A DNA stretch of 64,000 nucleotides from NCBI GenBank assembly GCA_965113315.1, contig OZ220365.1. One strand, given 5' to 3'. The position numbers and the translations under genes are program-made. The notes beneath the pieces are model-generated. The model was not told the origin of the DNA. It saw only the letters and a list, made by a program, of their open reading frames with translations, and searched no databases. The DNA is from Podarcis vaucheri. Its lineage: Eukaryota. This document shows positions 38,916-51,257 of the stretch, one piece after another (within the stretch, counting starts at the first letter, position 1; each line of letters begins with the position of its first letter).

Positions 38916-40121
38916 CATGCATAACTATCTGCACGGTTAGGATGGATGCACCACCCCCTGAAAAAAAAAAAATAAATGAGGACACAGATTTGCACAAAAT
39001 GTCTGTATGCTAATTTATATGCGTATATAATAATATAAAAAATAATTGGTATGATTTTAATAAAAATGCAATACAGCTCATCATAATAGGGGAAACTGTG
39101 AAGATATAACCGGTTTGCCTGCTCAGTGTGCTCTTTGGGTACACGCCTTTGATAGGCTGTGCCAAGGTCCCTGCTTTCAATGGTTATAGTTTTTTTAAAA
39201 AAAATAAAATAAAAATAAACCACTGTAAATCGCTTTTGAGTTGCTTTGTAAATAATCAAGCAATGTATAAATTTTATATAAATAAATAAATAACCTTAAA
39301 ACCATTAGCAAAGTCACTTAAACAATGCAGGTAGAGTCCTGAGAGAAAAGAATCCTGATAACACTTTAGTGAGTAAAACTGAACAAAAACCATGTATAAT
39401 TTGAAGAGAAAGGAATAGAGGTTTTGTCTTCCTTCCTTCAGGCCTTGTACATAGCAGGGAGACACTCAACAGAGAGAGGAAAAACTCCATCAGAACTACA
39501 CAGCCAATCAGGGCATGTGCTGTCTCAGGAAACACCATACCACTCCGCCTGACTGCTAACTAACAACTCCACCCATCCCACTCCAGGCTAGTTGGTTTTA
39601 ACTGTTAACAACAGCATCACAACTGACCCTTAAGTTGCAAATGGAATGGTCCCTGCTGTTTGCACTTCCAAAACAAACCAGACTTGGCCAGGCCAGCCCT
39701 TCAATTAGAGGACTATCCTCTGTAACGTTGGGAACATGCACACCTTATGCATGATTCTCTGGATCCCATCCCAAGTGCAAACTGAGGCCAACGCTGCCAG
39801 ACGTACAAATATTCTTATATCGCATTTGAAAATCGAATGCAAATACATTGTTGTATACAAACGCAGGAAAATTCAGGCTCACTCAACAGACGCATGAGCT
39901 GTTTTACGAACGGCAGAAGAGTAGCAGTGCCTTACATAACCAACCGGTGTGCAGGAGAGTGTCCTAGATAGTTTCCTGTGCTCTAGTGCCTGTTGCATGT
40001 TGCCTCCTCCCGTAGCAGCACCTAGAACAGGGGTTCGGAACTTCAGGCCAGAGGACCAAATGTTTCCCCTCCAGCCGTGCTGAATGGCATTCCTCAAGCG
40101 CTTTCAGCCAATTTGTATGTA

Positions 40122-40341
40122 CAGTGGTACCTCAGGTTAAGTACTCAATTCGTTCCGGAGGTCCGTACTTAACCTGAAACTGTTCTTAACCTGAAGCACC
40201 ACTTTAGCTAATGGGGCCTCCTGCTGCTGCCGCACCGCCGGAGCACTGTTCTTATCCTGAAGCAAAGTTCTTAACCTGAAGCACTATTTCTGGGTTAGTG
40301 GAGTCTGTAACCCGAAGCGTATGTAACCTGAGGTACCACTG
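40122..40341. mobile_element. Tigger-like MITE (taacctgaag subfamily)
   Basis: TA|CAGTGGTACCTCAGGTTA...TAACCTGAGGTACCACTG|TA. Confidence 0.9.
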
Positions 40342-42228
40342 TAGAGTTAAACTGTGCTGCTTCTTTATGCCAGGAGAGAGGATGTGGAATGGGGGAAGAG
40401 TGCCACATACAAAAATCTCCGACTATTGCATGGCTAGAATGTAGCCCACTGTACAAAGGGAACAGGTACACCTGTTGCTCTACCCATTTCACCTCTGGCC
40501 CTGCCCACCATCGTATGTCGCCCCCAGGAATGTTGTCCATGAGAGAATGCAGCTGTAAAGAAGAATTCCACACCATGAATAACACCAGCACAGTGTAGGG
40601 AAGACAGTAGTGAGGAGAGCAATAGGAATGGGGTGGTAGCTGGGGCGGGGGGAGAGGATGCCTAAGCTACCTCTGCAAATCATAAGATGGGGTCCAATGA
40701 GTGGGGCCCACTCAGGGTTAGTGGGGGCACTGGCAGCGGGGGCTACCGGCTAGACCATGCCAAGGGTCATCTGAAAACTGGCTCCGGCCCTCGTCGGCAC
40801 CACTTTGTGGGAGATCTGCTGCCTGAGGTGAAAAGCTGAAATCAGTGTGGAACGCAGCAGCTGCACTCGTCCCGCAAGTTAGTCACATCTTTAAAATAAT
40901 TTTGAAAAGATCTTCTAAGGGCTCATGATTCCTCAGTTGAACTTTTGGCTACTTTGAATTATTTATCTCAACTGGCAGCTGGGTTTCCACAATTCAGTAC
41001 CACAGAAAGTATAATACTTGTGTGTCCCCTGCAACTACTTAATAGATTTATACTTTGTTCAGAGGATGCTCGGGAACATAAGGGCTGCAGCAGTTGACCC
41101 AAATAGCCAAAGGATGCAGGCGAACATAATTTTGTTTGTTTCTGGTGCAACAGCCCCTTCTTCTCTCAGCCTTGCAATTTGAGTGACTGAAACACCAACA
41201 CTTAGAACAGCCTTGGATTATGCCCCTTCCCTGTTCTTTAAGAGGCCTGCTCACCTCTTAAGAAAAGAAATAATAAAACTGCACACCACATACAGACATC
41301 CATTTTTAAAGGGATTTTTTTATATTAAAAAAATGCAAAAGTGTTTTGCAAGTTTGGGCCTCTCGGCAGAAGAGAACAAAAGAAGGAAAACAAATACGAC
41401 ATGGACTTTGCCCTCCTTTTACCACTGCCTTCTGCTGGGACCAACTTTTCATCTTATAACATTTATTCGTCTTATAACATTTATACCTCATTGGATGCCT
41501 TAGCAGAAAGGCGGCCCATACATGAAATAAATAGATAAATACCACAGGTACCAGTCAATTAGCACCGTTCACAGCTAAGCTCTGTGTCAAACATCTGGAA
41601 TCATGTTTTCTACTGGAGCTTGACCTGGAAAGTAAAGTGGGCTGTTGCAGGTGATATCTGAAGGGGCCTCTAGTATCTGCCTCCTCAATTCAAGCCCCCA
41701 TTTTAATCTAATATGCTCGTCTCTTTTCTCCTCACAGAGGCCATTCTGCTCTTTCTTCAAGCTACCACTCTGGAACCAATGTTTATGTGGCATCATGTGG
41801 GCTGGGGACTAAAGTAAATAACAGGGTTAGATATGTACTTCTTATCTCTTCTTATACTCTCTTAACTTTATTAGTCTCATCAGTTTCAAGACTTGAATGA
41901 CCCTCATGGTCCCTTTCCAACTCTGTGATTCTGCCACTACTGACTTTTCAACAGTTCATAGGAAACAGAAGATTTAAATGGCACAACCGCCAGTATTTTG
42001 TAGATGAAAATAAAGGAATATCCTTTGTACTTTGCAGCACCCTTACCAAGGGCCACCATCGTTACACTGAAATGTTTAATTATTGCATTGCTGAATGTAC
42101 TTCACCACCTATCATTTGCTGTAGTTATATGCTCTGCAGTAATCTGTCCTGCACTGGCTTCTGAAGAGGGCAAATTTGACCACAATCACTTTCCTAAATA
42201 TAAGTACCGGTATTTATTGTTTGATGTA

Positions 42229-42442
42229 CAGTGGTACCTCCGGTTGTGGACAGGATCCATTCCGGAGCTCCAGTTGAATCCCGAGGTTTCTGCAACTGGA
42301 GGGACCGCTGCTGCGCAAGCGGCGGTAGAGCGCTTCTGCACATGCGCGCACTGCAAAAACCCGGAAATATACTTCCGGGTTTGCCGCTTACATATCCCGA
42401 AGTTTACATAACCGGAGGGATACCTAAGTGGAGGTACAACTG
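42229..42442. mobile_element. Tigger-like MITE, CpG-rich subfamily (opposite orientation to 14604/23284)
   Basis: TA|CAGTGGTACCTC...GAGGTACAACTG|TA. Confidence 0.85.
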
Positions 42443-42637
42443 TACTAATTTTGGCAATTTTCTTTTTAATATCACCTAATTAACCTGTTTCTTTGAGTGG
42501 TTCACAAATTCTTAATGAAATCATTAAAACACAAGTACAAATCATTAAAATACAATTACTACCAAAATGAAAACGCAATCAAAATTAAAAATGTCTACCA
42601 GCACAAAGATCAGCATACCCACTTAGCTACTCCAAGG

Positions 42638-43481
42638 TGCGGCAGCGTTGCAGGCCAGCGCTGCCTCACTCGGTGCTTCCCAATGTGGGACAGCATGCAG
42701 GGGATTCCCGGCTGGCGGGGAGCCAAAACAGTGTCTCCACTGGCCTGGAATTCAGACTGCCTGCTGAATTAACCAATTGCAGGCAGGCTTTAAGATGGGA
42801 ACTTGTTGCGGGACGGGCCTGACCGAGCCTTCATGATTCACTTGGTTCCACTCCTTGGGCTTGCCTCTTCCTCTGCATGCAGTTCTTTGCCATATCTCCC
42901 TCCCACCCTCTTTATGTATTTTACTTTCTGCATCCATCAGTGTTTCTGTTATGTACTAGAGTTTGCTATAGACAAAGTTGGTCTCTGTATTCAGAGCCAG
43001 GGAGGAATTTTTCTTTCAGACCAATCAGCCCTGAGTGGGGTTTTCGCATACCTCAAAGCAACTGTCACAACGTTTGGCAGTTTAGGCCTTGGGTAAGCCT
43101 TAGTCATGGCTGGAGGGGAGGTGGTAAACCTCTGTCTGCCCCTCCAAGGGAAAGGGGCATCCCATTAAAGGAATCCCGGAGAAGGTGTTTCCGTCCAGAT
43201 GCCCAGGTGGGGGCTAGGGCCGTAGCACTCCTCAAGAAAGTGATCCCTTCAGGAACGTACCTATTTGATGTAAGTCATAGGACCTCCCCTTAGGGTCAAT
43301 CCCAAGAGGGGGGAAATATCCTGCAGGCAGGCTGATTGTTACAGGTTATACCCAATGCCTTTGCTAAACCTTTTACACCTGTAATCAATAAAGTTGTGGC
43401 CTTATTTGAGGCAAAGTAAGTATGTGTCTTGACTGGTTCTTCTCTGGATCAGGGTGGCGTGTGGCCGCACCTGGGCACGCA
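42638..43481 (+). mobile_element. LTR-like element
   Basis: GC-richer block with TGCG...CGCA ends and caataaagttgtggcc about 90 bp from the 3' end; no clear TSD. Confidence 0.5.
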
Positions 43482-43599
43482 AAAAATAACTAAATCACAA
43501 AGCAGCATATGATCAACAATATATGATAAAAAAATAACACTAAAATCCCACGAAGGAGGAATCACAATAATTCTAAGAACTAAAATGCACTAAACCTCA

Positions 43600-43790
43600 T
43601 AGTAGTGAAAAAGCTCAGCTCAATCTTCACCCGGTGCCAAAGAGATGCCAACACAACTGCCAGGCAAGCCCATCTGGGGGAAGCATTTCATAACTGTGGT
43701 GCTACCACCGAGAAGGCCCTTTCTCTAGTCATTAGACAGAATAAACTGGAGAAGAGCCTCTAATTAAGACCTTAAGGACTGGGCACATAT
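43600..43790 (-). mobile_element. L2-like 3' fragment
   Basis: gggaagcatttcataactgtggtgctaccaccgagaaggccct, characteristic of the antisense L2 ORF2 end; ends approximate. Confidence 0.55.
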
Positions 43791-45214
43791 ATGAAGGATT
43801 TGTATAATATAATATTATAATAAACATGCATGGGTACGCAAGTCAAGATGTGCACTACTCACAATTTGGACATTTAACTTAGAGACTTTGGAGAGAAGGC
43901 TGATGTTCACACTTACGAAATAAAAAAAAGAGAACCTTTTGGAAAGATCCCCTTCTTAGTAACTCCCACAAAGGCAAATAGGGGCAGGGATTACAACAAA
44001 TAGATGTAAGAAAATATAGCCCTTCCACAGTAAATCAGGGGCTGTAGGAGTCCATGGAACTGTCATATATTCATTTGTAAGGTAATTCCATTGCCTTGAC
44101 ACTGTGAGATTAAGCCTGCAAGACTCCTGTAGTTCAAACAAAAAGTGTCAGATCATGTGCTGAGTGCTCTAAATTCTTAACAGACGCAATAAGACTTCAG
44201 TGTGCTAAGCCTATAAAAAATTCAGAAAGCAGCAGAGAGTCTATGATTGGCAGGTATAAAAGCAGAAATCTCTCACCCAGTTATACAGACTTCAAAATGT
44301 CCCTGTTAGAATCATTCATTAATTCCAATTACTTATTTACTCAAATCGTTAACAGAATAAAATTAATCAGGATTCAAAAGACGGGCAACTGTGATTATCA
44401 ACTCAGATGAATGATAGCAGACAAAGATGACACAGACGCATCTGCACACTGTCAACACTCTTGATTCAAGATACAGCTCTCCTATTCTAGACTTCACTCT
44501 CTCTAAAGATAAGAGGAGAGACTTTCATTTGTGCTGAATGGCATTTGACTCCCTCCAAACTGTAAAATGATTTTATAACGTGGCGAACATTCAGCAGAGG
44601 ATAAGAACTGTTAAAATGCCAACCCTCTTACGTTTATGTCCTGTGCCATTTTAGAGCCCAGGCATCCTGAGTGGATAAAGTAGAGCACAAAACCATTTTT
44701 GTTTATACAAAATTAAAGAAACTTGCTTCTAAAGAGGTGTTCATAAATTTGTCTCCTTCAACCGTGAAAAATACTTTGTGGCAGAATGATAAAACTTGCA
44801 AAGAGCTAACCACAGAGAAGTGCCACAGAGACAGGAAGCTTTACTAATTGACCAAGCCTTAATGAAGATCAGGATGGTTGGAATAGCTAAGTGCTTGACT
44901 GCCTTTGCTAGAAAAAGTGACAACTTTCACACCCCTGGTAAGTTGCAGATATTTATTTGAAATCCCATACCCATTTTCTTACAAATCCAAGCCTGCTTTT
45001 GAACAGTTAAAAAACAGCAGCAATAACATGGGATTTTGCTACTTCATTTGGCAATGTCTGACATATCTCATTCTGTACCCTTAAGGTGAGAAAGGCTTCA
45101 TAAAGCCTATCAGTGAAGCCTAAAATGGATCTATTCCAAAATGGTGAGGGCTTTTAAAAGCCATTTTATACTCAGCCACACCACAGTGGAAGCGTGAGAG
45201 CCCTGCAGACTGTA

Positions 45215-45475
45215 CAGTAGTACCTCGCAAGACGAATGCCTCGCAAGACGAAAAACGCGCAAGACGAAAGAGTTTTCCGTTTTTTGAGTCGTTCCGCAAG
45301 ACGAATTTCCCTATGGGCTTGCTTCGCAAGACAAAACGTCTTGCGAGTTCTTGCGAGTTTGTTTCCTTTTTCTTAAAGCCGCTAAGCCGCTAATAGCCGT
45401 GCTTCGCAAGACGAAAAAACCGCAAGACGAAGAGACTCGCGGAATGGATTAATTTTGTCTTGCGAGGCACCACTG
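45215..45475. mobile_element. Tigger-like MITE built from CGCAAGACGA repeats
   Basis: TA|CAGTAGTACCTCGCAAGAC...GTCTTGCGAGGCACCACTG|TA. Confidence 0.88.
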
Positions 45476-46080
45476 TACCTATAAAATGTCCTCTCTATGG
45501 GGCTCGCTACTCAAATGTGTAGATGTGTGAGATAGCATGGAGGACTTCTGGGAATGCTGCTCTGGGGACTTTGGCCCTGATGACAGCTGTGCAAGCTCAC
45601 ATCAACATTTAGGGCATGAAGGCCAGGATGGAAATGGGCACATGATGAAAAAAAGAGGAAACACATTGTCCCACCCACACCAAAACAAAGGGTACAAATT
45701 TCCTAATGTATATTTGAAAATTGCTGTTAAGTCATTACTATTGTTGAAATAGAAATATAACTTGCTGTAGCGGGGGGATGTCGTTGCTCCTATGCCCTGC
45801 TGCTTTTAAGCTTCCCAAGGCATGACCACTACCACCAACAGTGGGTGGAATTCAACGCCACCCTCTTCTAGTTGTTCCATCTGCGCAAGTGTAGCAGCTT
45901 GCCAAGCAGAACAATTTCCCCTCTCCTCCCACTGTGTGCTATTCTGGGGTTTCTTCCAACCCCGAGCCAATTGTGGGAGGTGGGGCCACACATGGGGGGG
46001 GGAGAGGAAAGCCCTGTTGCACAAGAAACAGTCTTTTGCAGGGATTCGGATGATGGGGCTAGTTAGGTGAATCAAGGGTT

Positions 46081-46253
46081 AAAGGTAAAGGAGCCCCTGA
46101 CCATTAGGTCCAGTTGTGGCTAACTCTGGGGTTGCGGCGCTCATCTCGCTTTATTGGCCAAGGGAGCTGGCGTACAGTTCCGGGTCATGTGGCCAGCATG
46201 ACTAAGCCACTTCTGGCGAACCAGAGCAGCGCACGGAAACCCGTTTACCTTCC
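46081..46253 (-). mobile_element. 5'-truncated Sauria SINE
   Basis: Matches the 3' half of the 30539 copy (aaaggtaaagg...gaccattaggtccag...ccgtttaccttcc). Confidence 0.9.
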
Positions 46254-46420
46254 ATATTTCAAAAACAACATGATTTTTCAGTTGACTTGCCTAAGAACCA
46301 GGACAAAGCACCGCCTTTCAGAAATTCCCTCTGGACGTCCATGGCAGCCCTAGATGAATCCCACCCAGTGTGCTGGACTAGAGGGAGGTTAGTGAGTCCC
46401 TCAAGACAAGAAACTGAGTA

Positions 46421-46647
46421 CAGTGGTACCTCGGGTTAAGAACTTAATTCGTTCTGGAGGTCCATTCTTAACCTGAAACTGTTCTTAACCTGAGACACCA
46501 CTTTAGCTAATGGGGGCCTTCCACTGCCACCGCGCCACCACCGTCTGATTTCTGTTCTCATCCGGAAGCAAAGTTCTTAACCAGAGGTACTATTTCTGGG
46601 TTAGCGGAGTCTGTAACCTGAAGCGTCTGTAACCCGAGGTACCACTG
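46421..46647. mobile_element. Tigger-like MITE (taacctgaag subfamily)
   Basis: TA|CAGTGGTACCTCGGGTTA...TAACCCGAGGTACCACTG|TA. Confidence 0.9.
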
Positions 46648-49103
46648 TAGAGTCAGAGGTTGAATCTGAGCCTCAAATACAAAACCACATGTTTGATTTC
46701 ACTTTAGCTATTGCAACAAGACACACTGGCCAGCCGATGGAGTAGCAGCAGCAACTGCAGGAAGGAGGAGGAAGATAAGGAAGGGGGAGCAAGGCAACAG
46801 GACTGCCGCTGCCACTGTCCTTGTCATAGGAGGCTGTGCCTCTCCAGCCTGGTGGGCCCCTAGTTGCCCATTTAGCTGGCCATGCTGAATAAAAACAAGA
46901 AGGAGAAAATGAGCCAGGTCAGGCCTGAAGAGAAGGCGGCATCTGGAAGAGATCCTGGGCAGGCACTTCCCAGAATTGATGCTGAGGTAGAATGGAAAGT
47001 CCCTATTTTCATCTGAAAATGTTGGCATATATGCCCTTCCCCAATGGTGTGGGGAAAGAGAGAAGCATTCTGCATATCCTCATGAGGGAGGGATCTTTTT
47101 TCAGATATGTGAGACAAACTAGATTTTCTCCAGAACAGCACTTCAGATAGAGGGCTTCGTGTAAAACAGGTTACATGGCTGCCGTATTTTAGCCTAAGGT
47201 CCTACAACAGTGTAATTTTTTTTGGGGGGGGGGCCCAGCAGAATGCAGATAAATGGTCTAAGCAGAATATGATTGATTATAACTTGAATATCTAACTAGA
47301 ACAATTTTAGGCCTATTAGAATCTTACATGGCAACCTGACATTAAAGCAGTGCTTTAAGGAAAACTGTTCTGTTTCAGAACTTTTCATCAAATAGGGAAA
47401 TACAAAAACATACATATTAAAGTAGTAAATAACAAGAATATGCTGCTGGTTCCATGTACACCATGGAGTTATGTGCTTCTCAAGCAGCTGTTCCTTCATT
47501 CCACATGGTAAACAGATTTTGAAACACAAGAGAGGTTCATAAATGTTTTTTTTTCATATGGCATTGAGTGGGGAAAGTAAGAGTCTGTTTGCAAATCATT
47601 AGGCCTACATTAGCTGCCTAGATTCTAGCCACAATGGGCACCCAGTTTTCATTTCAACTCATGTAAGAGCTGCATCCATAAAAAGTTGTCTCCTGCACAT
47701 AATACATATGCTAAGCAGCATCCTAATGAACTGTACACCACAAACATTCTTGGACACATGAACTCTTCTCATTCACTATTTTATTGAGGGGAAAATCCAT
47801 AAGAATGTCAGTCCCTCATAAAAGAGGGAATTTTCTGTTGTGGAAAATGAGCCTTGTTGGAAATGTCCATAGTCTCTCCCTGTTCTGCTACATAGGCTTA
47901 CTGAATGGAGAAGAGTTACTGACAAAAAACCAACAACCCTGAGACTTTTACATCTATTCAAATAAAGAAGAAAAATGTAGGGTCAGAATTGGAATTATTT
48001 ATTTTTGGCAAGCATTTTGCTATTATAACGAAACAAAAAGAATACGGCCCTCTCAGCAACAACAACATTAATACAACAATATAGATCATCCAACCAACAA
48101 AATGTAACCAATCATTCAGCCTATAGAAAACACACTTAATGCCTAATTTTTTTTTGTTCTGCTTTGACAATCTAGGAGACACCTCTAGATCTTAAAATTT
48201 CAGTGAGGGTTCCATTTCCTGTCTCCTCTTTTCATTGGTCCATTTCCCATTTATTTGTCTCTGATACAGCACCCACCCTTTTGTTACTATTTCAGTTGGG
48301 TCGCCACAATGAAATCAAAATCTGAGCAGCAGTTGTAAAATTAGTATTTTATTTTATTTTCCAAGAACATAAGATGAGCCTGCTGGATCAGCTCAATGGC
48401 CCAGTTAGTCCAGAATCCTGTTTTCATAGTGCCTGACCACTTCACATGCGGGAAGCATGCAAGTTGGATGTGAGTGCAATAGCCCTCTGCCCACCTGTGA
48501 TTCTCAGCCACTGGTATTCAGAAGAATAATATCTCCGACAAATATCTAGTACTATTACAGTGCAAGCCTGTGGATGACTGCTGAGAAGTTCCTAGTAGGC
48601 ATATTTAAAATTATAGCCTTGAAATGTTTAATGGCGTCCTTCCTCTTAGCATCCCAGAAGAAGCCAAGAAGACACTGAAACACTGGATGTACCACACTGT
48701 ATAATGAAAAAATGTTTTCCTTTAAACATCAATTTGAGGCTTTGTCCCCTTTTTGGGGGGGGGTCAAGTATATAGGCTATCCCCCCTCAAATTAACAACC
48801 TTGCACTGCTTGGATGTGGGGGGCAACAATATGTAACGAAGGTACCAGGCAAGCCTCTGTAACTGAGGCACTTTCATACATACCCAGGGCAGGGAGCCAG
48901 TGAACCAAATTGGTACCATTGTATGGAAGGAGATGGGCTATAAACTATTTCTTCTGCCATGGTCCAAATCCAAATCATGAGCCCTGTGCCTGCTATATGC
49001 AATGGAAGGAAAGATCTCATTTGCAACAACAAGTCTATTCTGAGTAAAACCTAGTGGACTACAATCCTGATAGATTATATAAGGCAAAAATGTTTGTTTA
49101 GGG

Positions 49104-49720
49104 CATGGGTAGACAAACCATGGCCCGGGGGGCCAGATCCAGCCCAATCGCCTTCTAAATCCGGCCCGCGGACGGTCCAGGAATCAGTGTGTTTTTACAT
49201 GAGTAGAATGTGTTCTTTCATTTAAAATGCATCTCTGGGTTATTTGTGGGGCCTGCCTGGTGTTTTTACAGAGCCAGTGTGGTGCAGTGGTTAAAAGCGG
49301 TAGTCTCGTAATCTGGGGAACCGGGTTCGCATCTCCGCTCCTCCACATGCAGCTGCTGGGTGACCTTGGGCCAGTCACACTTCTTTGAAGTCTCTCAGCC
49401 CCACTCACCTCACAGAGTGTTTGTTGTGGGGGAGGAAGGGAAAGGAGAATGTTAGCCGCTTTGAGACTCCTTAAAGGGAGTGAAAGGCGGGATATCAAAT
49501 CCAAACTCCTCCTCCTCCTCCTCTTCTTCTTCTTCTTCTTCTTCTTCTTCTTCTTTACATGAGTAGAATGTGACCTTTTATTTAAAATGCATCTCTGGGT
49601 TATTTGTGAGGCATAGGAATTCGTTCTTTTTTTCTTTTCAAAATATGGTCCGGCCCCCCACGAGGTCTGAGGGACAGTGAACCAGCCCCCTGCTGAAAAA
49701 GTTTGCTGGCCTGACCCCTG
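49104..49720 (+). mobile_element. hAT MITE (hAT1/OC1-like) with duplicated internal unit, interrupted by a Squam3 SINE
   Basis: Same termini as the 6399 copy; 8-bp TSD GTTTAGGG/GTTTCGGG (7/8). Confidence 0.88.
49271..49553 (+). mobile_element. Squam3-type tRNA-derived SINE with (CCT)/(CTT)n tail
   Basis: A box gtggtgcagtggtt, B box ggttcgcatc, L2-like 3' end, CTT tail; TSD TTTACA at 49265-49270 and 49554-49559. Family name from recall. Confidence 0.85.
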
Positions 49721-50884
49721 GTTTCGGGGGCTTCAGTCCATGAAAGCTTATTATATATATGCTACTATTCAAGGCAGAAAAGTCTCTGTTCTTTTAACAC
49801 AATGCAGTAGAGAAACTGTGTTAAGATGGCCACATTGCCAGGGGGTGGGGAAACTTATTTCAATAATGAAACCCTAAAGAGATAGAGAGAAGAAAGTACC
49901 TCACCCAAACTCTGTTTCCAGACAGATATACTAAAGAAACCAACTTCCTTCTATATTCAGCTTGGAAAAGCACCGTATTTACAACTACATTGATAGCTGC
50001 AAGCCTCATTGAAAAATAAAATGGCATCCCTCATCAGAAGTGGCACAGCATAGTTTACAACTCACTCATGCTATAGCTGAATGAGTGAAATGTAAGGGGA
50101 TATCTGCCAAGCTACTTGACACTTACAAGTCAGCTTAATCAGATACTCTTTCGCTTCCTGTGGCGAGGAGACCAATGTTCTGCTACTCACAGCGTATACC
50201 CAGAGTCTATTTACATATACTAAGAGAAGAAGACGTGATCATACAAGTCATGTTGCATCTGACTATGCTGCTGTGTCTAAAGCCACAAAATCTGACACAG
50301 GGCAGGAAGTGAAGAAGACAACAAAAGAGATTTACTGAACACACAGGACCTGGGCAATGGAGATAAAGATGTTCTAGTGGCAGATGTCTACATTCCTAGC
50401 CTTCTTTTGTTACAATCTAGCCTGATTAAATTGCTGTGGCAGAGATTAAAAAGGATGTGCAAGCACACATTATGGGAACATGCTCACCACCAGAACCCAC
50501 AAACTCTAAAACAGGGTTCAAAAAGAGAGAATAAAGCAGGTTTATAAAACTTTAACAGTGCAAGGAAATATTGCTTGGAAAACAAATGGCTTGTGCCTAG
50601 CCTTTCGAACTGTCCATTCTCACAAAGTACAACTGAGCTGAACTGAAGTCAGGCAAAGGATGGGCAGCAGAGAGAACAAAAACAACCTGAAGAGTACTGA
50701 GGAAGAGAGAATACTGAAAACTCCCCATTTCAATGGTCATTCACATGGAAGCGTTCTACATATCTTTTAGGATATTCTGGATAATTAGCATATAAATCCA
50801 TTTTATTTCCATCACCATTTAATGTTGATGTCATTGCTTTTATGGGAATAAGACACGAAGACTACCTAAAGTTCCCCCCAAAAC

Positions 50885-50888
<4 letters not shown>

Positions 50889-50933
<45 letters not shown>

Positions 50934-50935
50934 TC
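50889..50935. repeat. (CTTT)n microsatellite
   Basis: Direct read. Confidence 0.95.
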
Positions 50936-51157
50936 ATTCATCTTTCTTTTTGAAGCTTACAGGGCTGAAACAATAAGTAAAATCCACAGAAACACACAGT
51001 TCATCATTGCAGAAAAAGAGAAAGTGGAAATTCACGCAGAGGTACACAAATGAAGAGACTGGTGGAAAATAAAGAAATTTAAAAATACAAGCCAAGTAGG
51101 ATATAGAGAAATGTTTAGGGATTCTACATGGTTATACAATGATAATGTATTACTTAC

Positions 51158-51257
51158 TGAGAGTCTCTGATAAGAGGTGCATTCCCCAACTTAAAACAAG
51201 GCTTTCCAACTCCACATGAAGTCTGCCTCAAAGAAAAGCTTTGGGTTAAATCAAAAC
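51158..51257 (-). CDS. COL19A1: Collagen XIX alpha-1, exon 4 (100 bp; start of TSPN domain)
   Basis: ttttcag|GT TTT GAT...GAC TCT CA|gtaagt; encodes (G)FDLTQSFSLRQTSCGVGKPCFKLGNAPLIRDS; phase 1-2. Confidence 0.95.

Noticed and set aside
45224-45465. Short repeats with variable spacers that look superficially CRISPR-like
   Set aside because: Eukaryotic context; 10-bp boxes in both orientations, irregular spacing, bounded by TIRs and TA TSDs. It is a MITE.
49271-49345. tRNA-like sequence with A and B boxes
   Set aside because: It is the head of a SINE (body, CTT tail and TSD follow), not a tRNA gene.
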